Source of the DNA: an uncultured Anaerolineaceae bacterium
GTDB taxonomy: Bacteria > Chloroflexota > Limnocylindria > Limnocylindrales > CSP1-4
DNA: 64,000 bases
Assembly (NCBI GenBank): GCA_964425305.1
Contig: CAYRMQ010000001.1
Coordinates: 1,786-65,785 of the forward strand
Direction of reading: 5' to 3'
Below the pieces are notes generated by a model. The model did not search any database and was not told where the DNA came from. It saw nothing but the letters and a program-made list of their open reading frames with translations. A program made the position numbers and the translations under genes. Position 1 is the first letter of the stretch. Every line of letters starts with the position of its first letter. Positions 56,186 through 64,000 of the stretch are shown in pieces.

Positions 56186-57082
56186 GTGACGAAGGCTGTG
56201 CCGGCTGGCTCGAGTAAACCGATGGTTGATGCCCAACCCGCGCAGGCGGGCGACGTGACCGACGTCGCGCCGGGAATCCTGGCCGTCCAGGCGCAAACTG
56301 CCGATGGCAAGCTCGGCGCAGTCATCGGAAGTCGCCGGGCGCTGGCCATCGACGCGGGGCTCAATGTCGGCGAGGGGGCCGCGCTAACCGCGGCCATCAG
56401 CGCGGCTGAAGGCCACCCAGGCCTACTTCTCTATACTCACGGCCATCTCGATCACGTGCTGGGCGGCAGCGCATTCAGGGATGGCGAGGTGTTCGCGCAT
56501 CGAGCGGCCGCGGTACACATCGAGCGGCAGCTGCCGGCGTGGGCACAACGTGCCGGTGAGCCACTCGCGCAGTTTGCGCCTAAGGTCCGCCGGCCCACGA
56601 TTACCTTCACGGCCAGCGTCGAGGTAGACCTGGGCGGGCGCGTTGTGCAGATCATCGATGCGCCGGGCCACGCGCCCGGAGCCACCGTTGCCTACGTGCC
56701 AGCTCAGCGCGTGCTGTTTGGCAGCGACACGCTTGTCACCGGCATTCCGCCCTACTTCCGTGACGGTGACAGCGCCGAGATGGAAGCCACTCTGCGGCAG
56801 CTGGCGGAGCTTGGCGCGGAGGTGCTTGTCCCGGGTCACGGCCCGATCGTGCACGGCGCGGCCCAAGTGCGCGAGGCGGTCCTCTGGAGCGCCGACTACA
56901 TAGCCCGACTACGTGACCATATCCTGCGTCGCCTTGGTCGCGACGACCCCGAGGTAATCGTGGCTGCCGCAGCCTATGCCGACTACATCGGGGAGCGCTT
57001 CGTCCGTGACCAGTTCCGGATGGAGTGGCGTCACGAGCAGGCGGTGCGCAACCTGATCGCTGAGCTCTCCTCTGGCGTTTGA
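56186..57082 (+). CDS. MBL-fold metallo-hydrolase
   Basis: THGHLDH zinc motif, plus GHAPG and GHGP. The GTG at 56186 lies 6 nt after TATACT and may be a leaderless start. The alternative ATG at 56222 has no SD. Confidence 0.75.
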   Translation: MTKAVPAGSSKPMVDAQPAQAGDVTDVAPGILAVQAQTADGKLGAVIGSRRALAIDAGLNVGEGAALTAAISAAEGHPGLLLYTHGHLDHVLGGSAFRDGEVFAHRAAAVHIERQLPAWAQRAGEPLAQFAPKVRRPTITFTASVEVDLGGRVVQIIDAPGHAPGATVAYVPAQRVLFGSDTLVTGIPPYFRDGDSAEMEATLRQLAELGAEVLVPGHGPIVHGAAQVREAVLWSADYIARLRDHILRRLGRDDPEVIVAAAAYADYIGERFVRDQFRMEWRHEQAVRNLIAELSSGV

Positions 57083-57129
57083 AGCGCCAAGCCTGCGTGA
57101 TCGTAGCCTAGGAAGGCGGCGCGTCCGAG

Positions 57130-57155
57130 TAGACAGGTCTAGACAGGAATAGTAG
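57130..57155. promoter_or_regulatory. operator site 5, TAGACAGGTCTAGACAGGAATAGTAG (upstream of ABC module 2)
   Basis: TAGACAGG occurs twice as a direct repeat. Contains the palindromes TAGAC-AG-GTCTA and GTCTAGAC. Lies 91 nt upstream of the SBP start. Confidence 0.6.
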
Positions 57156-57245
57156 CATTCCCGGCAGACTGCGCCGCTGGAGCTCGCGCGAGCGACCGCC
57201 CGGCCACTAGACGTGAAGGGGCATCCCGTCACGAGGAGGAGTCGC

Positions 57246-58619
57246 ATGAAGGGTTTCACCCGCCTCGTTGCCGTACTCATCGGCGGCATCGTGCTGGCAG
57301 CGGGATGCACGCAGGCCGTACCAACCACCCCAGCTCCGCCCGGGACGCCGCCCAGCACGCCGGAGGCTACTGATCAGGCGCCATCCACTCCAACTCCAGC
57401 GGAAGAAACTCCTGACGCACGCCAGGTCGAGCTGACCTTCATGAACTGGTTTTACGGCGGCGACATGGGTGCTGTCTACGACGAGTTCATCGCCGAGTTC
57501 CTGGCGCAGGAGCCGCGCGTGACGGCCATCAACGTGGAGACGCAGCCGTTCGTGCGCTACCACGATGTGCTGAACGTCAAGCTCGCCGGCGGTAACGCGC
57601 CGGACATCTCCTGGATCCACGCTTCTCTTCAGGACTCCTATATCGAGGCCGGTCGACTCTACGATCTGCGACCGATCCTCGAGTCACTCGACGGGTTCGA
57701 CCTGGACGACTTCACTGCCCAGTCGCTCGAGCCCTGGTCGAGGGGCAATGCGCTGTACGCCCTGCCCTTCACCAACGCGACCAACGTAGTCTTCTACAAC
57801 ATCGACATTTTCGAGCAGGCTGGCATACCGACGCCGGAGGAGCTCGAGGCGCAGGGCAACTGGACCTGGGAGACGCTGAAGGAGACGGCCAGGCAACTGG
57901 TCGGCAGCGGCGCCGCCCGCTTCGGGTTCCACTTTGGGAACAACATCTACACCAATGGCTGGCGCAACCTGGTGGAAATCTGGGGCCCCTATGGTGGCGG
58001 GCCGTGGTCGGATGACGGGCTGACCTGCCGCTTCAACGCGCCGGAGACGGTCGAGGCGACGCAGCTCGTGCACGACATGGTCTATGTGGACAGGAGCCAC
58101 CCGGAGCCAGGGCTCGACGTCGACTTCGCCACCGGCGATGTGGGCATGTCGCTAACTCGACCGAACTTTGCCTTCCGCTGGCAGGACGGCGGCTTCCGCT
58201 GGGGCGTCGTGCGTCAGCCCGACGGTCCACGAGGGTTCGTGCCCTCGCTGGCCCAGAACGGCATCGCCGTCCACGTCGGCTCGCCCAACCCCGACCTGGC
58301 GGCACTCTTCATCGCCCACACCCTGACACGTGAGAGTGCGATTCGCTTCCAGGTCAACACGCCGTCCAACCGCGCCTCGACGTTCACGCCTGAGATACTC
58401 ATCCAGGCCGTGCCCGACTTCACACCCGAGCAAATGGAGCGAACAGTCATCCGTGCGCTCGGCAACGACCAAGTGGTATTCGAATACGCCCATCGCAACT
58501 TCGGACCACTCTTCTCGAACTCGCACCAGATCTTCGACGGACAGATGTGGAGGCCGGACGCTGATGTCCAGCAGGTCCTCGACAGCATCTGCGACGCCGT
58601 CACGCCGCTGCTCGGCTAG
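57246..58619 (+). CDS. ABC transporter solute-binding lipoprotein, module 2
   Basis: AGGAGGAG SD before Met12 of ORF 57213..58619. Lipobox VLAAGC. Paralogue of 51553..52923. Confidence 0.9.
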   Translation: MKGFTRLVAVLIGGIVLAAGCTQAVPTTPAPPGTPPSTPEATDQAPSTPTPAEETPDARQVELTFMNWFYGGDMGAVYDEFIAEFLAQEPRVTAINVETQPFVRYHDVLNVKLAGGNAPDISWIHASLQDSYIEAGRLYDLRPILESLDGFDLDDFTAQSLEPWSRGNALYALPFTNATNVVFYNIDIFEQAGIPTPEELEAQGNWTWETLKETARQLVGSGAARFGFHFGNNIYTNGWRNLVEIWGPYGGGPWSDDGLTCRFNAPETVEATQLVHDMVYVDRSHPEPGLDVDFATGDVGMSLTRPNFAFRWQDGGFRWGVVRQPDGPRGFVPSLAQNGIAVHVGSPNPDLAALFIAHTLTRESAIRFQVNTPSNRASTFTPEILIQAVPDFTPEQMERTVIRALGNDQVVFEYAHRNFGPLFSNSHQIFDGQMWRPDADVQQVLDSICDAVTPLLG

Positions 58620-58664
58620 TGGCGTGACCGTCGGCTGCCTGCGGACGCCGGCGACAGCCCCGAA

Positions 58665-59606
58665 GTGGCAGACGTAGTCGAACAGCGGGAAGGCGGGCTT
58701 CGGGCCCGCCTCTCGCTGCCCTCGCTCAACTATTGGCAGCGCGATAGAGCGAGCGGGTACGGCTTCATCGGACCCCAGCTCGCAGGCTTCCTGGTCTTCG
58801 TGCTGGGCCCGATCCTTGCCGTCTTTTGGTTCAGCCTGCACGAATGGAACCTGGTCTTCGGGACGTTCGAGTTCACCGGCCTGGGCAACTACGCACGGCT
58901 CACCAGCGATCCCGAGTTCGGGCCGGTGGCGCTCAACTCGGTTCTGTTCGCGTTCGGCTATGTGCCTCTGAACGTGGTGCTCGGTCTCGCTGCCGCCGTA
59001 GCGGTCAACCGGGCGGTACTGGGCCTCGCTCTCTTCCGGACGATGTATTTCGCGCCTGTCGTCGTGTCGATCGTGGCCTGGACGATCGTTTGGCGTTTCA
59101 TGCTCCAGGGCGACGGAGCAATCAACGGCATCGTCCAGGTCCTCACCGGGGAACCCGGCGCAAACTGGCTGCGCGAGCCCGGTTACGCGCTGGTCTGGGT
59201 GGTGATCGTCCAGGTGCTCAAGACAGCCGGTCTCAGCATGATTCTCTTCTTGGCGGCGCTTCAGGGCATCCCACGCGAGTACGAGGAGGCAGCACGCGTT
59301 GACGGAGCGGGCAGCCTTGGGGTCTTCCTGCGGATCACGCTGCCGCTGATCACGCCTTTCGTCTTCCTGGTAACCGCGCTATCGGTGATCAACTCGCTCA
59401 AGACGTTCGCACTCATATACCTCCTTACGCGGGGAGGGCCGGGGAACGCTACGACCGTACTCGCTTACTACATCTACGAACAGGGCTTCCAGCGCTTCGA
59501 GATGGGCTACGCGAGCACGCTCGCGGTGATCCTGTTCATCGTCGTGATGGGTCTCACTGCTCTGCAGTTTGCTATGCGCAAGCGCTGGGTCTACGCCGAG
59601 GAGTGA
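58665..59606 (+). CDS. ABC transporter permease 1, module 2
   Basis: EAA loop EEAARVDGAGSLGVFLRITLP. About 65 percent identical by eye to 53003..53938. Confidence 0.9.
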   Translation: MADVVEQREGGLRARLSLPSLNYWQRDRASGYGFIGPQLAGFLVFVLGPILAVFWFSLHEWNLVFGTFEFTGLGNYARLTSDPEFGPVALNSVLFAFGYVPLNVVLGLAAAVAVNRAVLGLALFRTMYFAPVVVSIVAWTIVWRFMLQGDGAINGIVQVLTGEPGANWLREPGYALVWVVIVQVLKTAGLSMILFLAALQGIPREYEEAARVDGAGSLGVFLRITLPLITPFVFLVTALSVINSLKTFALIYLLTRGGPGNATTVLAYYIYEQGFQRFEMGYASTLAVILFIVVMGLTALQFAMRKRWVYAEE

Positions 59607-59607
59607 T

Positions 59608-60474
59608 GTGACAACTGTCGTCTCGACCGTGACCGGCCTGCGCAAGCGATGGATGGCACTACTGCTGGCGGCGATCATGAGCGTACTGGCCGTTCCGCTG
59701 CTGTTCCCACTGTGGTGGATGCTGAGCTCAACGTTCAAAGGCACACACGAGGTCTTCGCCTACCCACCGGTGATCATTCCCGAAGCTTTACGGCTGGACA
59801 ACCTGCGGCAGGTCTTCACCGAGCAGCCATTTGCCCTCCAGTACTGGAACAGCCTGTACATAGCCGCGCTCAATGTCGTCGGCACGCTGCTCGTCGCTTC
59901 ACTTGCCGGCTACGCCTTTGCGCGCATCAGGTTCCCCGGCCGCAGCCTGCTCTTCGTGCTGCTTCTCAGCTCGCTGCTGATGCCCATCGAGGTGATGATC
60001 ATCCCGCTCTATGTACTGATGCGCGAGCTGGGCTGGCTGGGCACGCATTTGCCCCTGATAGTCGAGCCGATCTTCGGCGCGCCGGCCGTCATCGGCACGT
60101 TCCTGATGCGCCAGTACTTCTTGAGCCTTCCGGTCGAGCTCGAGGACGCAGGTCGAATGGATGGCCTGGGACGCTGGGGCATCTTTCGCCATATCGCCCT
60201 GCCGCTCGCCAGACCGGCACTGGCGACGCTGGCGATCCTGACCTTCCTGCACAGCTGGAACTCGTTCTTGGAGCCACTTATCTTCGTCTCCGGGGCCCCC
60301 AACCTGATGACCATCCCCGTGGCCATCGACCAGTACCGAAGCTTCTACGGTGAGCCGCTCTGGCAGGTGCAGATGGCCGCGTCGTCGCTGGCTGTCTTTC
60401 CGGTGCTGATAGTGTTCCTGCTGGCCCAGCGCCACTTCGTCCAGGGCATCGCCCGCGTCGGCATCCATGGTTGA
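59608..60474 (+). CDS. ABC transporter permease 2, module 2
   Basis: The GTG sits 1 nt after the upstream stop, with GAGGAG upstream. EAA loop EDAGRMDGLGRWGIFRHIALP. Confidence 0.85.
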   Translation: MTTVVSTVTGLRKRWMALLLAAIMSVLAVPLLFPLWWMLSSTFKGTHEVFAYPPVIIPEALRLDNLRQVFTEQPFALQYWNSLYIAALNVVGTLLVASLAGYAFARIRFPGRSLLFVLLLSSLLMPIEVMIIPLYVLMRELGWLGTHLPLIVEPIFGAPAVIGTFLMRQYFLSLPVELEDAGRMDGLGRWGIFRHIALPLARPALATLAILTFLHSWNSFLEPLIFVSGAPNLMTIPVAIDQYRSFYGEPLWQVQMAASSLAVFPVLIVFLLAQRHFVQGIARVGIHG

Positions 60475-61522
60475 GAGCGGCCCTCCCCTGCGGATGGCCA
60501 TCGTCGGCGTGGGCTGGGCCGGTACCCGCCAGGCGACGGCAGCCCGCGAGCTCGACGGCGTGGTCGAGGTGGTCATGCTGGGCGACAGCGATCCCGGGCA
60601 TCTGCGCCGGATCGGCGACGAACTGGGCATTGCACGCACGACCACCGAGCTCGAGGACATCCTCGGCGATCCCGAGATCGACGCCGTGTCGATCTGCACG
60701 CCTCACGCGCTGCATGCTCTACAGGCCATCGCGGCGGCGCGGGCAGGCAAGCATGTCCTCGTCGAGAAGCCGATGGCGCTGACCGTCGAAGACGCGACCC
60801 AGATGCTTGAGGCCGCCGACGCCGCTGGTGTCCAGCTATATGTGGCTGAGAACCAGGTGTACGAGAGCTGGGCAACTCGCCTGCGCGAGATTGTCCGCAG
60901 TGGTGAATACCTGGGCGAGCTGGTCTTCGCGACGGTTCTGTCGGGCTATCGCGCGCCCGATCCACGCTATCCCGGACGACGCGAGTGGTTGACGCTGCCC
61001 GAGATGGGAGGAACGGGCACCTGGATGCTCCAGGGCATCCATGCCGTTGCTCAGTTGCGCTACGTGCTGGGCGAGGTAGAGACGGTCTTCATTGGCGAAC
61101 ACCGGACGAGCTCCTTTGGCCGCTCCGACCTGGAGGCGACCATGGCCGGCACGCTCGTACTCGATAGCGGCGTGGCCGTCTCGTTCGTGCAGACGACCGA
61201 GGTGCACCTGGGGCAGCGACTGGCCGGCTATCGCCTCTACGGCGACGAAGGCACGGTCGTCGGTCACAGGGAGGCATACGAGATCTACCGCCAGGACCTG
61301 CGAGACGACGGCCGCCCGGTAGTCTTCAGCTACCCACCCCAAGAGCTGTCGTCGTACGCCCTGGAGCTGGCTGCGTTCGCCGATCAAGTGGCCGGACGGG
61401 CGGCCGGTCCGACCAGCGGCGAGAGCGAACGACGCAGCCTGGCGGTGCTCGTGGCCGGTCTCGAATCGGCGCGCAGCGGGAAGCCGGTCGCTCTGCACGA
61501 GCGATTCCCCATGCTCGCCTGA
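60467..61522 (+). CDS. Gfo/Idh/MocA family oxidoreductase
   Basis: Rossmann MAIVGVGWAG and the EKP motif KHVLVEKPMAL. 351 aa. Overlaps the permease stop by 8 nt. Confidence 0.85.
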   Translation: MVESGPPLRMAIVGVGWAGTRQATAARELDGVVEVVMLGDSDPGHLRRIGDELGIARTTTELEDILGDPEIDAVSICTPHALHALQAIAAARAGKHVLVEKPMALTVEDATQMLEAADAAGVQLYVAENQVYESWATRLREIVRSGEYLGELVFATVLSGYRAPDPRYPGRREWLTLPEMGGTGTWMLQGIHAVAQLRYVLGEVETVFIGEHRTSSFGRSDLEATMAGTLVLDSGVAVSFVQTTEVHLGQRLAGYRLYGDEGTVVGHREAYEIYRQDLRDDGRPVVFSYPPQELSSYALELAAFADQVAGRAAGPTSGESERRSLAVLVAGLESARSGKPVALHERFPMLA

Positions 61523-61533
61523 AGGCGGTCTGC

Positions 61534-62763
61534 TCAGGCGGACTGGTACGCGATCAGCAGGCGCTCGAGCCCGCGCATGCGGGCATTGTCGCGCCAGGCC
61601 GGCACGGCCTCGATCAGCTCCATCCGGCGCAGGCGCGTTAGCAGGACGCTGAAGGCCGTCTCCAACTCGACTCTGGCCAGCTGGGCACCCAGGCAGAAGT
61701 GGGCTCCGTGGCTGAAAGTGACGTGGCGGTTTGGATGTCGGGAGACGTCGAACCGATTGGGGTCGGCGAACTGCTCGGGATCGCGGTTGGCCGCGCCCAG
61801 CAGGAAGTGCACAAGCTCGCCGGCACGGATAGTGTGCCCGCCGAATTCGGCGTCCTGACGCGCGATGCGCAGTGACCGCTGGCTAACCGGCTCATAGCGC
61901 AGGATCTCCTCGACGGCCCTCGGCAACAGGCTCGGATTGCCGCGCAGGCGATCGAGCTCGGTGGCATTGGAAAGCAGCACCAGCGTCCCGGTGCCGATCG
62001 TGTTGGTCGTCGTTTCGTGGCCCGCTACGGCCAGCAGAACCAGGTTGGATATGACTTCCTCCTCGCTGGCCCGGCCCTCCTCCATGCGAGCCAGCAGCAG
62101 GCTGATGACGTCATCGCCTCTCGTCCTTCCGGCGTCGCGGGCGAGCCGGCGCAGGTACTCGGCGAGGTCGGCCCAAGCCTGTACATAGGCATCCACTTCA
62201 CCGACCTCGAGCTGGCCCGAAGCGAGGAAGGAGGCGACCACATCGGCCCAGCCCTTGACCCGGTCGACATCCTCCCGTGGGATGCCCAGCAGATCGGCGA
62301 TGACCGTCATGGGCAGCGGATAGGCGAAGTCCCTTACAAGGTCGATCTCGCCCGAGTGGTCGGCGTCGGCCAGCAGTTGCTCCGCGAGGGTCCGGATGCG
62401 CGGTCGCAGAGCCTCGACCTGGCGTGGCGCAAAGGCCAACGCGGCGAGTCCACGGCGCCGCGCGTGTTCGGGTGCGTCGGAGCTGATCATCTGCGTTTCG
62501 CCGCGCTCGATGATCTGCCGGGCTCGCGCATCGTTGCCACCGAGTGGCGCCAGCAGCCTGGCCAGCCGGCGCGACGAGAAACGTGCCGAGTCGCGCAGTC
62601 CCGCGACGACGTCCGAGTAGCGGCTGACGAACCAGGCCCCATAGGCCTCGCTCCGGTAGACGGGTTGCTCGGATCTCAGCCGGTCATAGTAGGGATAGGG
62701 ATCGATGACGAAATCGCGGCTCCAGGGCAGATATGGGTCGCTGGCCGTCTCCGGACCAACCAT
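61534..62763 (-). CDS. cytochrome P450
   Basis: Met77 of ORF 61534..62991. I-helix AGHETT, EILRYEP (ExxR) and heme loop FSHGAHFCLG. 409 aa. Confidence 0.9.
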   Translation of the reverse strand: MVGPETASDPYLPWSRDFVIDPYPYYDRLRSEQPVYRSEAYGAWFVSRYSDVVAGLRDSARFSSRRLARLLAPLGGNDARARQIIERGETQMISSDAPEHARRRGLAALAFAPRQVEALRPRIRTLAEQLLADADHSGEIDLVRDFAYPLPMTVIADLLGIPREDVDRVKGWADVVASFLASGQLEVGEVDAYVQAWADLAEYLRRLARDAGRTRGDDVISLLLARMEEGRASEEEVISNLVLLAVAGHETTTNTIGTGTLVLLSNATELDRLRGNPSLLPRAVEEILRYEPVSQRSLRIARQDAEFGGHTIRAGELVHFLLGAANRDPEQFADPNRFDVSRHPNRHVTFSHGAHFCLGAQLARVELETAFSVLLTRLRRMELIEAVPAWRDNARMRGLERLLIAYQSA

Positions 62764-62820
62764 CAGTCTATCGACCAGCCGTCCTTCACGGTCATGAGTC
62801 CGCCTCGTGCCAGTTTCATG

Positions 62821-62840
62821 ACTAGACAGGTCTATACTAC
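62821..62840. promoter_or_regulatory. operator site 6, ACTAGACAGGTCTATACTAC (P450/MFS divergent region)
   Basis: Contains the palindrome TAGAC-AG-GTCTA, a GTCTATAC box and TATACT. Confidence 0.6.
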
Positions 62841-62844
62841 CTCC

Positions 62845-64000
62845 GTGAGTGCGGCGCGTCCACCGGGTCAGACGTTTATCGAAGGCGCGGATCCGCACAG
62901 CAGGCCGTGGCTGCCGGCACTGGCCAACACGTCGCTGCGCATCTACCTGCTGGCCCAGGCGGTGAGCTACAACGGCACCTGGATGTACCACGTTGCCGTG
63001 GGCTGGCTGGCCATGGAGCTCACCGGCTCACCGCTGATCGTGGGCGCAGTCACGGCCGCCCGAGCCCTGCCGATCATCCTGCTGGTCGTACCAGCCGGAG
63101 TGCTCGCTGACCGGCTGGACCGGCGCCTGCTCATCATCGCGGCCAGCCTCGTGGCCATGTCGTCGTCGCTCGTGCTGGCGTGGCTGGCCCTCAGCGACGG
63201 CTTGACCGTTGGCTGGCTGATCGGCCTGTCGGCGTTGACCGGCCTGGCCAATGCCATCGAAGTACCCACTTTCAACTCGTTCGTCGGGCAGCTGGCCGGG
63301 CGGCGGATGATATCCAACGCGATCGCGCTCAACGCGATCGTATTCAACCTGGCCCGCCTGTCCGGGCCGGCCGCGGCAGGCCTCATCATCGCCGGCTTCG
63401 GCGCCGCCATCGTCTTCGTGGTAAACGCACTGACGTACGCGCCGCTGGTGGTTGGCCTGCTGCTGATACCCGCGGATAACGTGCGCGAGCGAGGTGCGCT
63501 CGGGCTTGCCGCCCTGCGCCAGGCCGGCGCCTTCGTGCGCTCCTCGACCGAGATCCGCGGGACCCTGCTGCTGCTGGCCGCCAACTCGCTGCTCGTCACG
63601 GGCTACCTCGTCCTTGCCCCCGCTGTTGCCGACCTGCTCGCCGCCGGTCCCGAAGGGGTGGGTTTCCTCTTCTCGGGAGCGGGCGCAGGCGCCCTGATCG
63701 CCGGCCTCCTGCTAGCGCTACTTCGCGAGCGGCCCGCGGGGCGCGACGCGCTGATGCTGGCCGCCGTGTGCACGGGCGTGGGGCAGCTGCTGGTGGCCGT
63801 CTCGGGAGTGCTGCCACTATCCATCGCGGCGATGGCTCTGGCCGGGGGTGGCATGGTCGCTTTCAGCGCGATCTCCAATGCGCAGGTCCAGGTGATCGTG
63901 CCTGACGCGCTGCGCGGCCGCGTCATGGGCTTCTACGCCCTGTCCGTGGCAGGCCTGGTACCCCTGGCCGCCGTCATCGTCGGGATGCTGGCAGAAGCCG
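62845..64000 (+). CDS. MFS transporter (MFS_3/EntS-like), 3' end beyond the window
   Basis: Open frame from GTG 62845 to the window end (385 codons) with repeated hydrophobic helices (LRIYLLAQAVSYNGTWMYHVAVGWL...). Absent from the track because no stop lies in the window. No SD; the GTG sits 6 nt after TATACT. Confidence 0.75.
   Translation, partial: MSAARPPGQTFIEGADPHSRPWLPALANTSLRIYLLAQAVSYNGTWMYHVAVGWLAMELTGSPLIVGAVTAARALPIILLVVPAGVLADRLDRRLLIIAASLVAMSSSLVLAWLALSDGLTVGWLIGLSALTGLANAIEVPTFNSFVGQLAGRRMISNAIALNAIVFNLARLSGPAAAGLIIAGFGAAIVFVVNALTYAPLVVGLLLIPADNVRERGALGLAALRQAGAFVRSSTEIRGTLLLLAANSLLVTGYLVLAPAVADLLAAGPEGVGFLFSGAGAGALIAGLLLALLRERPAGRDALMLAAVCTGVGQLLVAVSGVLPLSIAAMALAGGGMVAFSAISNAQVQVIVPDALRGRVMGFYALSVAGLVPLAAVIVGMLAEA

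Noticed and set aside
61516-61542. The hairpin CGCCTGA-N11-TCAGGCG, which contains the stop codons of both the oxidoreductase and P450 genes, looked like a bidirectional terminator.
   Set aside because: The stem is only 7 bp, the loop is 11 nt and no U tract lies on either side. This is too weak to call.
62763-62819. The mini-ORF in front of the P450 could be a biarylitide/atropitide-type RiPP precursor.
   Set aside because: The peptide lacks the Tyr/His or multi-aromatic core used by known P450-crosslinked minimal RiPPs. The P450 also sits in a catabolic regulon. Translational coupling is the simpler reading.

Overview
High-GC (about 70 percent) bacterial chromosomal window. Gene content and strong GGAGG ribosome-binding sites suggest Actinomycetota or Chloroflexota. 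I count about 70 protein genes and 1 canonical tRNA, with no rRNA, transposase, integrase or cas genes. From left to right:
(i) 1-7.7 kb: aldehyde dehydrogenase, a sugar-type ABC importer and an MFS transporter.
(ii) 8-15 kb: a rhomboid protease, a giant zinc-ribbon/cyclase/AAA/TPR signalling protein, pirin and a GNAT.
(iii) 15.0-21.1 kb: an operon next to a divergent TetR gene, encoding hotdog protein, CoA ligase, a B12 acyl-CoA mutase with an HcmAB-like residue signature, an MBL hydrolase and an amidase.
(iv) 22-25.5 kb: moaA, an XdhC-like gene and NAD-dependent formate dehydrogenase.
(v) 25.6-29.3 kb: a gene-sparse, lower-GC islet holding zinc-ribbon and ACT proteins, translationally coupled mini-ORFs, a stand-alone PAS protein and local hairpin repeats. 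It ends at tRNA-Arg(TCG).
(vi) 29.4-39.2 kb: ECF sigma/anti-sigma pair, a lipoprotein, a lower-GC S8 protease, an ABC-2 exporter and bioY.
(vii) 39.3 kb to the window end: a catabolic locus of more than 24 kb that begins at a broken tRNA-His-like element. It encodes a HutC regulator, FGGY kinase, E1/E2 dehydrogenase, YjbQ, RpiB, a cupin plus two unknown internally duplicated paralogues, Ldh2, an aminotransferase, an amine-dehydrogenase-like protein, two paralogous ABC importer modules, an amidohydrolase, an MBL hydrolase, a Gfo/Idh/MocA oxidoreductase, a P450 and an MFS transporter. All six of its intergenic regions share a GT-N-TA-N-AC operator family.
Stop coordinates are firm. Start coordinates were chosen from RBS position, gene overlap and homology, and are less certain. 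The supplied ORF track omits genes with no in-window stop (1..707 minus, 62845..64000 plus) and ORFs under 60 aa. All family calls come from motif recognition by eye; no database search was run.
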